The notes under the pieces: generated by a model | The model's input: only the letters and a program-made list of their open reading frames with translations | Told to the model about the DNA's origin: nothing | Databases searched by the model: none | From: an uncultured Fibrobacterales bacterium | Lineage (GTDB): Bacteria > Fibrobacterota > Fibrobacteria > Fibrobacterales > CAWVXU01 | NCBI GenBank assembly: GCA_963934255.1 | Contig: CAWVXU010000013.1 | Location: 1-42,429 of the forward strand | Direction of reading: 5' to 3' | DNA: 42,429 bases | Translations under genes and position numbers: made by a program | Shown: piece after piece, positions 9,690-19,916 of the stretch | How positions within the stretch are numbered: position 1 is the first letter of the stretch | Layout of the letters: each line of letters starts with the position of its first letter

Positions 9690-12493
9690 TGGCCCAGTCA
9701 AAATGGTTACATGCTGGCGTAGCTGGTTTTATTTCTCTCATTGTTTATTTGCTTACTATGGCGCCGACGGTTTCGTTTTGGGATTGTGGTGAATTTATTG
9801 CCTCAGCATGGACATTAGGTATTCCTCATCCTCCGGGGACGCCATTTTTTGTCATCATAGCCCGAGTAGCAATGTTAATGTTTAGTTTCGTTGGTGAAAA
9901 AGCCGCGCGAGTAAATCTCATATCAGTCATAACTTCAGCAGCGACTATTTATATTTGTTTCCTTATTGTTTGGGATGTTTTGGAACACTATTTCTTAAAA
10001 TTAAAAGAAAAAGCTCATAAACAGTATTCAGAAAAATTTGCTCAATTTTTAAAAATGTCTGGAGCCTATTTAGGGGCTGGATTTGTTGCATTTTCAGATA
10101 CTTTTTGGTTCAATGCGGTAGAAGCGGAAGTCTATGGGCTTGCGATGGCAATGGTGTTTTTAATTACTTGGATGAGTATTTTATGGCTCAAACACAAAGA
10201 CGATGCTTTAGGGGACAAAATATTAGTTTTAATTTGTTATATCGCCTTTCTTGGAGTCGGTGTGCACCTTTATTCAATGATTACTTTACCGGTCGTGTTT
10301 CTATTTCTTATTGTGATGGATCCCCGAATGAGAAAAATAGAATCGGTTCCAATCTGGATTTCAGGTTTAGCGCTTTACACTATAGTCTTTATGATTGATA
10401 AATTTGTTTATATTTCATTAACGACTCTGGTAGTATCAATTGCAATTATTTTATTAGCGAAAACTGATGCATGGAAACGATCTGGTCGCTTAACGTTTTG
10501 GATCACTTTTATGGCAATCGTTGGTTATTCCACGCATGCATATATCCCAATTAGATCAAGTTTAAATCCTATTATCGATGAAAATAATCCTGAAATTGCC
10601 ATGGATAAAGTTTTTTCTCCAAGTGAATGGGGAGCTTTTAATGACTTCTTAGGGAGAAAACAATACGGTTCTGAATCCATGCTTTCTCGGTCATTTCATC
10701 GCCGGGGAGATCTTTCAAATCAATTCTTTTCTTATCCACATTTGGGTTATGGCGGCTACTTACTCGCTCAATTGACACCATTTAAAGTAGGGGAAGCTCG
10801 TGTTGATGGTCAAGGAAAGGTGAAGGTTCACGACCAAGATAACTTACCTCTGACTAAATTTGGGGTTGAGGTTCCAACTCAAATGAACTCTTCTTTTGGT
10901 GAGAGTAAGTTTATGCAATTTTTGATGTTTGTGATTATGCATATATTTATTTTCTATGGAATTTGGAGACTCTATAAATTAGATAATCGATACGGTGGAT
11001 ATCTTGGCCTACTTTATCTCGTATGTTCAGTTGGACTTGTATGGTATATGAATTTTGCCGACGGCACTGGCGCCGAGCGCATCGATTACCAAAATTGGGT
11101 TCAAGGTGGCTCTAAATCAGGCGAATTAAACCGGGTACACATGGAAGTCCGAGAACGTGATTACTTCTTTACACCTGCATTTATTCTCGCTGCTATGATG
11201 TTAGCCATTAGTTTTTCGGTTTTCATCAAAGACCTTTGGTTGAAACAACAGAGCCTACAAGTACATCTTAAAAAAATTGTTTTGGCCTCAATTGCATTCC
11301 TGATTGTTATTCCTGTATATTCAAATTATGAAGAACATGACAGAAGCGGTTTATATGTGCCGTGGGATTATGCATATAATCTCATTCAATCTTGTGAACC
11401 TAATTCAATTCTTTTCACCAATGGTGATAACGACACATTCCCACTTTGGTTTATTCAAGAAGTGGAAGGCATTAGAAAAGATGTGCGTGTGGTTAATCTT
11501 TCTTTAGGGAATACTCCTTGGTATATTGATCAAATTTTGAAGAATGAGCCAAAGAAAAAATTAAATTTCTTAGGCTCTAAAGCTAAAGATGTTTATCCAA
11601 TCTATTCTAAGAAAATGATTGAACACTACAAGATTCAGAAAAGCTGGATGTCGACAGAGGACTTCCTTGGTTCAATTGCTAAAACCGAACAAACTTTGAA
11701 GGATGCAATCGCTACATTGAATGTACAAATGGCTGTGCTTTCGAATGATTCTAATCTACAAATGCCTGATAGTGTTTTAGCCTTGGCTAAAATTGAACTT
11801 GGAGATAAAACTGTTGAAGGTTTAAAAGCTACGCAGAAGATGTTAATCTCCAAATGGCAGATTTATGATGGAATGGCATATTGGCAAGCCCGCCATCGCA
11901 AAACAACAATTCAAGTTCAAGATCAATTAGTGTTTGATCTGGTAAGGTCTAATCCAGAAACTCCAATTCATTTTGCTACGACTGTCCAAACAAATACCTA
12001 TATGGGATTAGAAAAATTCATGAAGATGGATGGAATGGTTTGGACACTTAAACGTGGAAATATGGATTTAGGACGATTAGGTTTAAACCTGGAGAAAACA
12101 ATCCAACTGGTTGATTCGGTATATCAATTTAGAGGCCTTGGAGATGAATCTGTTTATATCAACCCAGAAACATCAAGGTTGATGACAAACTATCTCCAGA
12201 TATACTCTAGAATTGCCCAATCTTCCATTGAACTTGCTAAATCCAAAGGTCTTGCGTCTGAAGAAGGAGCTAAAATCCTATCCAAGGGGTTAAGTTATTT
12301 AGATAAAGGTTTAAAAGAATTCCCTAGAGACTTTCAAGCTTATCGACTTGCTGCTGAGTTTTATATTCGTGCTGATAAAAAAGACAAAGCCACAGAGGTT
12401 CTTGAGCTTGGAAAAACTAAAGTTCCCAAGTATGCTATCGAAGCTCTTGAGGCAATGAAAGTTGATCTTTCTCAGCCTAAAGGGAAATTATAG
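9689..12493 (+). CDS. DUF2723 / TMEM260-like polytopic membrane protein (putative GT-C glycosyltransferase)
   Basis: SFWDCGEF, GIPHPPGTP, WFNAVEAEVY, RERDYFF, FTNGDNDTFPLW, VRVVNLSL motifs; many TM helices; C-terminal TPR-like helices. Confidence 0.88.
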   Translation: MAQSKWLHAGVAGFISLIVYLLTMAPTVSFWDCGEFIASAWTLGIPHPPGTPFFVIIARVAMLMFSFVGEKAARVNLISVITSAATIYICFLIVWDVLEHYFLKLKEKAHKQYSEKFAQFLKMSGAYLGAGFVAFSDTFWFNAVEAEVYGLAMAMVFLITWMSILWLKHKDDALGDKILVLICYIAFLGVGVHLYSMITLPVVFLFLIVMDPRMRKIESVPIWISGLALYTIVFMIDKFVYISLTTLVVSIAIILLAKTDAWKRSGRLTFWITFMAIVGYSTHAYIPIRSSLNPIIDENNPEIAMDKVFSPSEWGAFNDFLGRKQYGSESMLSRSFHRRGDLSNQFFSYPHLGYGGYLLAQLTPFKVGEARVDGQGKVKVHDQDNLPLTKFGVEVPTQMNSSFGESKFMQFLMFVIMHIFIFYGIWRLYKLDNRYGGYLGLLYLVCSVGLVWYMNFADGTGAERIDYQNWVQGGSKSGELNRVHMEVRERDYFFTPAFILAAMMLAISFSVFIKDLWLKQQSLQVHLKKIVLASIAFLIVIPVYSNYEEHDRSGLYVPWDYAYNLIQSCEPNSILFTNGDNDTFPLWFIQEVEGIRKDVRVVNLSLGNTPWYIDQILKNEPKKKLNFLGSKAKDVYPIYSKKMIEHYKIQKSWMSTEDFLGSIAKTEQTLKDAIATLNVQMAVLSNDSNLQMPDSVLALAKIELGDKTVEGLKATQKMLISKWQIYDGMAYWQARHRKTTIQVQDQLVFDLVRSNPETPIHFATTVQTNTYMGLEKFMKMDGMVWTLKRGNMDLGRLGLNLEKTIQLVDSVYQFRGLGDESVYINPETSRLMTNYLQIYSRIAQSSIELAKSKGLASEEGAKILSKGLSYLDKGLKEFPRDFQAYRLAAEFYIRADKKDKATEVLELGKTKVPKYAIEALEAMKVDLSQPKGKL

Positions 12494-12494
12494 A

Positions 12495-13424
12495 ATGTTA
12501 GAAACTGCTATTCTTATCCCAATCAAGGATGAAAAAGACTCTTTACCGCAATTATTCAAAGAGATACAAGACCTCTTTGATCTAAACCCAACATTATTAC
12601 CTGCAGAAGTATTGGTGATTGACGATGGGTCGCGTGACGGGTCTTGGGTAGCGCTTGAAGAACATAAAAACATATATGATTGGTTGAAACCTTATAAGTT
12701 TCAATTTAATCAAGGTAAAGCCCTGGCGCTTGATTTTGGTTTTCAAGAATCTAATTCAAAGTACGTCGTGACTATGGATGGTGATTTACAAGATCAGCCA
12801 AAAGAAATACCTGAGATGATTGAAATGCTAAAAAACGGCAAAGATTTAATTTCTGGTTGGAAAAAAATAAGACACGATCCATGGCATAAAACATTACCAT
12901 CGAAACTTTTTAATATAGTGACAAGTCTTGTAGCTGGTCATAGATTACATGACTTTAATTGTGGACTAAAGGCTTATAAAAGAGACGTGGTCAAGTCCAT
13001 CCGCTTACAAGGTGATTTTCATCGCTTTATTCCAGTCCTTGCAGTTTGGAAAGGTTTTGAAATTGATGAAAAAATTGTGGAGCATAGATCTAGGCAACAC
13101 GGAGTTTCCAAGTATGGAATTTCTCGATTATTATCAGGGTTCTTAGATCTCATAACCTTACTGTTTTTACAAAAATATTCTCAAAAACCATTGCACCTCT
13201 TTGGATTAGTTGGAGTTTTATTTTCAGTATTTGGTCTTGGTGTCTTTGGATATTTTTTCGTAGAATGGCTGATGATTGGTGAAACTCATCTTCGTCCTTT
13301 AATGGTGATGGCAGGTGTTTCTTTCATCATTGGATTACAATTTATATCACTTGGTCTTTTAGGTGAGATGTTAAATAATAGAACAGCGGAGGCAGGAAGA
13401 CCAATAGCGGATAAAATGTCATGA
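12495..13424 (+). CDS. GT2 glycosyltransferase, ArnC/GtrB-like polyprenyl-phosphate sugar transferase with two C-terminal TMs
   Basis: IDDGSRD, MDGDLQDQP, HDFNCGLKAY, HRFIPVL; ATG at 12495 just after the upstream stop. Confidence 0.9.
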   Translation: MLETAILIPIKDEKDSLPQLFKEIQDLFDLNPTLLPAEVLVIDDGSRDGSWVALEEHKNIYDWLKPYKFQFNQGKALALDFGFQESNSKYVVTMDGDLQDQPKEIPEMIEMLKNGKDLISGWKKIRHDPWHKTLPSKLFNIVTSLVAGHRLHDFNCGLKAYKRDVVKSIRLQGDFHRFIPVLAVWKGFEIDEKIVEHRSRQHGVSKYGISRLLSGFLDLITLLFLQKYSQKPLHLFGLVGVLFSVFGLGVFGYFFVEWLMIGETHLRPLMVMAGVSFIIGLQFISLGLLGEMLNNRTAEAGRPIADKMS

Positions 13425-14287
13425 AAGTAATTATTCTTGGATGCAATGGTTTATTAGGGCAAGCTTTACTGCGATCAATACCACAAAAGGCTGTTGTTTT
13501 GGGAGTAGCTCGTAACCAATTGACGCCAGATTCAAATTTTCAGTTTATAGAATTAGACATTCTAAAATTTGATGAGTTGAAAAAACAAATCGAAAAATTT
13601 CAACCTGATTATATTATTAATGCCGCAGCCTATACAAACGTTGATGGATGTGAAGATTCAAATTTATCACAGGAAGTTAATGTTAAATTACCCGAATTTT
13701 TATCAGGCCTAAATGTTCGATTAGTGCACATAAGCACAGATTATGTTTTTGACGGTAAATCAGGACCGTATTCTGAAGATGATCAAATAAATCCAATTTC
13801 CGAGTATGGCAGACAAAAATACGAGTCAGAAAAGCTAGTCCTTGCTAATACCGATAATCTGATAGTTCGGACCTCCTTAGTTTATGGTTACGGTATTGGA
13901 CTTAGTTTAAACTTCCATGATTTTGTTAAGAATTCATTGTTAGAAGAAAAAACAATCAAAATTGTTAACGATCAAATCGGAAACCCGACTTTATCTAATG
14001 ATTTGGCAGATGCGATATGGCTATTGTTAAAGAATAATTCTTCAGGAATATATAATGTTTCTGGTTCTGAAATTCTATCAAGACTTGAATGGGCATTGCA
14101 AATAGCAGACTTTTATGGATTAGATAATCAGTATATCAAATCGTGTAAAACATCTGATTTGAATCAAAAAGCGATGAGACCTTTGAAATCTGGCTTTAAA
14201 TTAACTAAAATATATAAAGAGTTTAAATCTCTCAGTAAACGAGACTTAGAACATCAAATCAATTCTTATGAAAAGGGTCAATCGTGA
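13421..14287 (+). CDS. rfbD: dTDP-4-dehydrorhamnose reductase family (RmlD-like) SDR
   Basis: GCNGLLG, NAAAYTNVDGCE, HISTDYVFDG, YGRQK, DQIGNPT. Confidence 0.88.
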   Translation: MKVIILGCNGLLGQALLRSIPQKAVVLGVARNQLTPDSNFQFIELDILKFDELKKQIEKFQPDYIINAAAYTNVDGCEDSNLSQEVNVKLPEFLSGLNVRLVHISTDYVFDGKSGPYSEDDQINPISEYGRQKYESEKLVLANTDNLIVRTSLVYGYGIGLSLNFHDFVKNSLLEEKTIKIVNDQIGNPTLSNDLADAIWLLLKNNSSGIYNVSGSEILSRLEWALQIADFYGLDNQYIKSCKTSDLNQKAMRPLKSGFKLTKIYKEFKSLSKRDLEHQINSYEKGQS

Positions 14288-15003
14288 AAAATGCTCAGAC
14301 TGCATTAGTAATTATTCCAACTTATAACGAATTTGAAAATATTAGTGCAATCATTCCAATGATTCTCAAAGAAGACTTACCTCTCCACGTTTTGGTTGTA
14401 GATGACGGTTCTCCTGATGGAACAGGTCAAGCTGTCAAAGATCTTCAACAAGAATACCCTCAAGTCCATCTGATGGAACGGGAGGGTAAAGGTGGTTTGG
14501 GCTCAGCTTATATTGCAGGGTTTAAATGGGCGCTTATGAATGAATATGAGTGGGTTTTTGAAATGGATGCAGACTTTTCTCATGATCCTAAATACTTAAA
14601 AGACTTTCTTGCTAAAATACCCGAGTGCGATGTGGTTCTTGGATCTAGATATAAGGATGGAAAGATATCGGTTGTCAATTGGGATTGGTCACGTTTGGTC
14701 TTAAGTTATATGGCTAATATTTATGCACGCATTGCTACGGGATTGCCAATTCGAGACGCCACTGGTGGATTCAAATGCTTTACTTATAAAGCATTAAAGG
14801 CACTTAATCTTGATGCTGTACAATCTGACGGCTATTCTTTTCAAATCGAAATAAGCTATAGATTATGGAAAAAAGGCTTTGATCTTCAGGAAATACCGAT
14901 CATTTTCGCTGATAGAGAAGTTGGAGAGTCAAAGATGTCAGGCAAAATCATATATGAGGCACTTTTTGTTTTGTTAAAGCTTAGGTTTGGATCTAATCCT
15001 TAA
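14284..15003 (+). CDS. Polyprenol-monophosphomannose synthase-like GT2 (Ppm1/DPM1-like)
   Basis: IIPTYNE, VDDGSPDGT, GLGSAYIAGF, EMDADFSHDP, DATGGFKC, GYSFQIE, GESKMS; no C-terminal TM. Confidence 0.9.
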   Translation: MKNAQTALVIIPTYNEFENISAIIPMILKEDLPLHVLVVDDGSPDGTGQAVKDLQQEYPQVHLMEREGKGGLGSAYIAGFKWALMNEYEWVFEMDADFSHDPKYLKDFLAKIPECDVVLGSRYKDGKISVVNWDWSRLVLSYMANIYARIATGLPIRDATGGFKCFTYKALKALNLDAVQSDGYSFQIEISYRLWKKGFDLQEIPIIFADREVGESKMSGKIIYEALFVLLKLRFGSNP

Positions 15004-16541
15004 TGGCTCCTGAAGCCTCAGTAGTTATTGTCAGTTATGAATCAAACAATACTCTAGAATTTTGTTTGGCAAGTTTAGAATTTGCTCTCAAAGATATAGA
15101 GTCACAAATCATTGTTTGGGATAACAATTCTCAATTCCTTGATAAAAACTACTTTGCTTCAAAATTTCCTAATGTTGATTGGGTTTTTCATAATGAAAAT
15201 ATTGGCTTTGGAAAAGCTTGTAATGCAGCAGCAAAGTTAGCTACTAAATCAAACTTAGTCTTTTTGAACCCTGATACAATTTGTGACCATAATAGTCTAC
15301 TCCCGCTGTTAAATGATTTGCAGAACAATTCAAGTATTGGAATTATTGGGGGTAAAGTCCTTAATTCAGATGGTACTTTGCAGATGGCATGTCGGAGGTC
15401 ATTCCCTACACCATCAAATTCACTTTACCGTCTTTTGGGCTTAAGTCGTCTCTTCCCGCAGTCAAAAAAGTTCGCTCAATATGACCTAAGATATTTACCT
15501 GATGATGTAATGGTGAGTGTTGATGCTGTTTCAGGTTCATTTTTTGCCATTCGACAAAGTGTTTTCAAGTTGGTAAGTGGCTTTGATGAAAGATTTTTCA
15601 TGTATGGTGAAGATCTTGATTTGTGCCGAAGGGTGCAACTGGCAGGATTTGAAAATATCTTCCAACCTAAAGCGCCTATTGTTCATCTTAAGGGTAAATC
15701 ATCAGAAAGTCGACCATTTAAAACATTTTACAATTTTTATGAAGCAATGATTATTTTTGCCAAAATTCACTATGGAAAGGTGTTCTTTGCGCATATACTT
15801 CTTAGTCTCGGTGTTATTATTTCTGCTGTCTTTGCTGTGTCTCTTAGAACATTTTCTAAATGGAAGCGAATTCCATTTGACTTAGGATTATTATTCGGGA
15901 CAACCTTTATATTTAGCTTTTTATATCCAAGTGACTTTCAACCAAGATACCAAGAGTACATTCTTCTTGGTTCAATTGCTGTTTTTGTCAATTTCATACT
16001 AGGAAAATATCGGGAATCACAAATTTGGAAATTTTGGGAGCTGCTTGTCTATAGTATACCTGGAATTTTCATTGTGGTACGATATTTAGATTCAGATTTT
16101 AGCAATAAATTAGCAGTGATATATTCCTTATTATTCCCGGTTTTTTATTTTCTTCGGCAAATGGCTCTTTGGACTAGTAGAGAGGGCTTTCAATTCCTAA
16201 AGCGTAGACGCAAGATTTTATTCGTTGGTGAAAATTTAACGAATCATCAGATTGATTTAATAGAGAATTATAAAGGGCATTTTGATTTTCTAGGGTTTAT
16301 AAAATCACCAGAGAGGCAAGCAGATGAGTTTAATTCTCATTGTCTAGGCGAGTGGGATGATCTAGATTACTTGAAAAAAGCACTAGGTCCTTTTGAATTG
16401 TGGGTTTTACCTGAAAAAAAGGCGTGGTGGCGAGAAAAAAGACTCATTTTCAATAAAAATGATCAAAAAATGCCTATTTTCCTTGTTTATGAGTCCTCGC
16501 AGACTAGTGCGTTTAACGTAGTTAATCTACATTTAATTTAA
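15003..16541 (+). CDS. GT2 glycosyltransferase (WbbL/rhamnosyltransferase-like) with C-terminal membrane extension
   Basis: NIGFGKACN, FLNPD, RRSFPTP, VDAVSGSF, GFDERFFMYGEDLDLC, HLKGKS; then about 5 TMs and a Rossmann-like remnant (RKILFVGE). Confidence 0.88.
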   Translation: MAPEASVVIVSYESNNTLEFCLASLEFALKDIESQIIVWDNNSQFLDKNYFASKFPNVDWVFHNENIGFGKACNAAAKLATKSNLVFLNPDTICDHNSLLPLLNDLQNNSSIGIIGGKVLNSDGTLQMACRRSFPTPSNSLYRLLGLSRLFPQSKKFAQYDLRYLPDDVMVSVDAVSGSFFAIRQSVFKLVSGFDERFFMYGEDLDLCRRVQLAGFENIFQPKAPIVHLKGKSSESRPFKTFYNFYEAMIIFAKIHYGKVFFAHILLSLGVIISAVFAVSLRTFSKWKRIPFDLGLLFGTTFIFSFLYPSDFQPRYQEYILLGSIAVFVNFILGKYRESQIWKFWELLVYSIPGIFIVVRYLDSDFSNKLAVIYSLLFPVFYFLRQMALWTSREGFQFLKRRRKILFVGENLTNHQIDLIENYKGHFDFLGFIKSPERQADEFNSHCLGEWDDLDYLKKALGPFELWVLPEKKAWWREKRLIFNKNDQKMPIFLVYESSQTSAFNVVNLHLI

Positions 16542-17519
16542 TTGAACTTGAATGAGAATCTTATGAGCATACCTGAGGGTCCATACTTAGACTTTGAAAA
16601 AGAAGTAGTCGAGCTTGAACAAAAAATTCAAGACCTATTAAGAACCAGTGAAATAGGTGAAGATGATATTGTAGGCTTACAAAAGAAAAAAGAAGACAAG
16701 CTTACCAAAGCATACTCTAAGCTTAAAGCTTGGAATAAAGTAGAGCTTGCAAGGCGTTCAGGCAGGCCTTATACTTTAGATTACGTCAAAAATATTTTTA
16801 GTGATTTTGTTGAACTTCATGGTGACCGTGCTTTTGGTGATGACCCTAGTATGGTGGGTGGCTGGGCTAAATTCCGTGGTCAAACTGTAATGATAATAGG
16901 TCAGCAAAAAGGCAGTGATACTAAAGAGAATGTTTACCGTAATTTTGGTATGCCTCACCCTGAAGGTTACCGTAAAGCCCTACGTTTGATGAAAATGGCT
17001 GAAAAATTCAATCGTCCTGTTATTAGTTTTATTGATACTCCTGGAGCATTTCCGGGGCTTGGCGCTGAAGAGCGCGGTCAAGCTGAAGCTATTGCCAAAA
17101 ACTTACGCGAGATGGCTGTTTTAGAAGTTCCTATGATGGTTGTAATAATTGGTGAGGGCGCTTCTGGTGGTGCGTTAGGTATTGGCATGGGTGATAAAAT
17201 ATTTATGCTTGAAAATGCCTGGTACTCAGTTATTTCTCCCGAAGGTTGTGCAGCTATTTTATGGGGCGACAGATCAAAAGCTCAAGAGTTAGCTGATAAT
17301 ATGAAATTAACTGCAGATGATCTTATCGGATATGGTGTAATTGATGAAATTGTCAAAGAACCTATCGGTGGAGCGCATTGGGATCCTAATACGGTTTATG
17401 AAAACCTAGGTGACCAATTAGAAAATAGTCTAGTTGAGCTTTCAAAAATGAATACTATGGATTTAATTGAACAACGCATTGAAAAATACTCAAATATGGG
17501 TGTTTTCACGGAGAAATAG
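16542..17519 (+). CDS. accA: Acetyl-CoA carboxylase carboxyltransferase alpha (ATG at 16563 is an alternative start)
   Basis: ELHGDRAFGDD, RNFGMPHPEGYRKA, IDTPGAFPG, GEGASGGA, YSVISPEG. Confidence 0.98.
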   Translation: MNLNENLMSIPEGPYLDFEKEVVELEQKIQDLLRTSEIGEDDIVGLQKKKEDKLTKAYSKLKAWNKVELARRSGRPYTLDYVKNIFSDFVELHGDRAFGDDPSMVGGWAKFRGQTVMIIGQQKGSDTKENVYRNFGMPHPEGYRKALRLMKMAEKFNRPVISFIDTPGAFPGLGAEERGQAEAIAKNLREMAVLEVPMMVVIIGEGASGGALGIGMGDKIFMLENAWYSVISPEGCAAILWGDRSKAQELADNMKLTADDLIGYGVIDEIVKEPIGGAHWDPNTVYENLGDQLENSLVELSKMNTMDLIEQRIEKYSNMGVFTEK

Positions 17520-17520
17520 T

Positions 17521-17772
17521 ATGTCGATTAATCAAGAATTTTTAGAGTTATTACGCTGCCCTTTAACTCAACAAGCTCTAGTGAATTGCAATGAAGAAGT
17601 CATAGAAGCTTTAAATACAAGCATTGATAATGGTACCCTTAAGAATAAAAAGGGTATAATTATTCAAGATAGAATTAAAGATGCGTTATATTCGGACTCA
17701 TGTAATTCAGTCTACTTAGTGAATAATCAAATTCCGGTTTTGTTGATTGACGAAGCTATCGAACTAGCTTAA
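17521..17772 (+). CDS. Trm112-like small protein
   Basis: MSINQEFLELLRCPLT...VYLVNNQIPVLLIDEA; ATG 2 nt after the accA stop. Confidence 0.8.
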   Translation: MSINQEFLELLRCPLTQQALVNCNEEVIEALNTSIDNGTLKNKKGIIIQDRIKDALYSDSCNSVYLVNNQIPVLLIDEAIELA

Positions 17773-17787
17773 AGCTTTGGAGTAATT

Positions 17788-19887
17788 ATGAGTTCTTTAG
17801 AAAAAGTAAAAGTAAAATTACAACTAAATCCAAGTTTGTTAGAGTTTTCCTGGGTAGCAGGTAAGTTGTTCGAACAAGGTGAATTTGATGAAGCTTTAAC
17901 TGTGATTAACCGAGGCTTAGAATATCATCAAGCAGATATTGTTGCTAGAATTGTCCAAGCTAAGATTAAATTTGCTCAAGATGATATTGAGCATTCTAAA
18001 GAATTATGGTCAAAAATTGCGGAGTTAAGGCCAGCCACAATCGTAGCTCATAAATATTTAATGGAGATCGCACTGGTTCAAAATGATGCAGAGGCGTCTC
18101 GAATTTGTTTCCAAAATATCAAACAATTAGACCCATGGTTTTTAATTTCAAGTGAAAATGAATCAGCCGTTCCAAATAGAATTGAAGATTCTTCAGAATT
18201 AGAGATTGAGGATACTTCTGGAATATCTAATGAAGAAGCGTCTTCACTCGATTTTACAGATGAAACTAGTTATGATGATGTCACTGAAAATGAATCAACA
18301 GAAGGGTTAGATTCCCTCATGGAAGAAGCTGCTCTCTCACCAGCTATAGATCCTAAAATACTTGATAAAAAAATTGCAGATGATTTTTTTGGTGATGACT
18401 TTACTGAACCTAGCCATACAATCCTAGCAGAAAACGAATCAATCCCCAGTGAGACATCAGGTCAGATAGAACCATTGGTTTTAGAAGAGCTAAATAACGA
18501 AATGATGGATGAGGAACTTGATTTAGGCTTAACTACAGAAAATCTTGAAATAGAAGAACCCCCTACTGTAAATGAGTCCGATAGCATAGCAGTAAATAAA
18601 GTAGAAGAAGTCACAGAATTGCTAGAACTTGGCAATCTTCAGCAGACGTTTGACGATTTAGGAGTCGACGGCTCTTCCCTTGAAAGTGCTTTAGATAATG
18701 TTTTTGGTGAATTAGATGAAGATTTTAATTTTTCTTCAGATGATGATTTAGGTGTAATTACTGAAGCCCCTCCCGAGCCTAATGAACAGTCATGGTTAGC
18801 AGCTTACGAAGTTGTTGAAGAACCAATAGAAGAGATTGTTAAACTTCCTATTTTAGATTTAGTAGATGATGATGATGATTTTTATTTTTCTGAACCTGAG
18901 CTAGCTCAAGACACCGCTAAATCTAACTATGAACTAGATGTTGACTTGGGTGGTGAATCATTAGCGGAAGTATCAGCGGAGCCAAAAGCCGAGCTAGAGT
19001 CTAAAATCCAACTCGAGTCTGAAATTGTTTCAGAGTTAAAGATCGAATCAAATCAAGTAGAAAAGGCAGAAGAAATTATTACGGGTGATGACGTATCCGA
19101 TGCTTTAGATGAAATCTTTGGTGAATTAGAAGATGATACATTTGACTCTTCCTTGATGTCTGCAGATACGAATCCTAGTTTGGATGATATTTTTCAAGAC
19201 TCTGATAAAGTGATTGAAGAAATGGTTGGATCAAAAGATTTGATTGATGTTCCACCTGAAGGTGCAAAAGTTTTGGAAGTCTCAGAAACTGAACAGGAAG
19301 TTGAACTTGAAACCGAGCAAGAAAACACTCCAAGTAGTATACCTGATGACTTATCTAGTGCTGTTATTGCAGAACTAGACGCACTGTTTGATGATGACGA
19401 TGATTTGAAAATTGTAGAAACAAATATTGAGATTGAAGCAGAATCTGCGCATTTGTTTACAAATAATTTTGAGAATAAAGAAGCGGATGAACTCTTTGAT
19501 AATAATAAAAGGGTGGATGATGATGTATTTGGTGAAGAAAATTCTCTAGGCGAACTAAGTGATTCAGGTACGGATTTTTATAATATTGAAGGTGCAGACG
19601 CACTTGATTCTGAATTTGATTTAGAAGGCGTTGCTTTAGATGATATAAAAATATCTGAAGAGATTCAAGATAGTCTACCTGAAATTCTTTCATTAGATGT
19701 TTCAACAGAAACAAAAATAAATGTAACCGAAGATCAAACGACACCTACAGTAACTCTTGCTGAAATTTATTTTGAACAAGAATTATATGACCGATCTATT
19801 GAAATGTATCAAGACCTGATTAAAATTGAAGGTGATAATGGTGCATATCAAACAAGAATTGAAGAAATTAAGAAACATATAGATTAA
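17788..19887 (+). CDS. TPR protein with long acidic low-complexity linker (FimV/HubP-like architecture)
   Basis: N-terminal TPR helices, about 500 aa Asp/Glu-rich region with LDxxF(G) repeats, C-terminal TVTLAEIYFEQELYDRSIEMYQDL TPR-like module. Confidence 0.8.
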   Translation: MSSLEKVKVKLQLNPSLLEFSWVAGKLFEQGEFDEALTVINRGLEYHQADIVARIVQAKIKFAQDDIEHSKELWSKIAELRPATIVAHKYLMEIALVQNDAEASRICFQNIKQLDPWFLISSENESAVPNRIEDSSELEIEDTSGISNEEASSLDFTDETSYDDVTENESTEGLDSLMEEAALSPAIDPKILDKKIADDFFGDDFTEPSHTILAENESIPSETSGQIEPLVLEELNNEMMDEELDLGLTTENLEIEEPPTVNESDSIAVNKVEEVTELLELGNLQQTFDDLGVDGSSLESALDNVFGELDEDFNFSSDDDLGVITEAPPEPNEQSWLAAYEVVEEPIEEIVKLPILDLVDDDDDFYFSEPELAQDTAKSNYELDVDLGGESLAEVSAEPKAELESKIQLESEIVSELKIESNQVEKAEEIITGDDVSDALDEIFGELEDDTFDSSLMSADTNPSLDDIFQDSDKVIEEMVGSKDLIDVPPEGAKVLEVSETEQEVELETEQENTPSSIPDDLSSAVIAELDALFDDDDDLKIVETNIEIEAESAHLFTNNFENKEADELFDNNKRVDDDVFGEENSLGELSDSGTDFYNIEGADALDSEFDLEGVALDDIKISEEIQDSLPEILSLDVSTETKINVTEDQTTPTVTLAEIYFEQELYDRSIEMYQDLIKIEGDNGAYQTRIEEIKKHID

Positions 19888-19916
19888 AAGTCTTTTTAAG
19901 TTAAAGGAACATAAAT

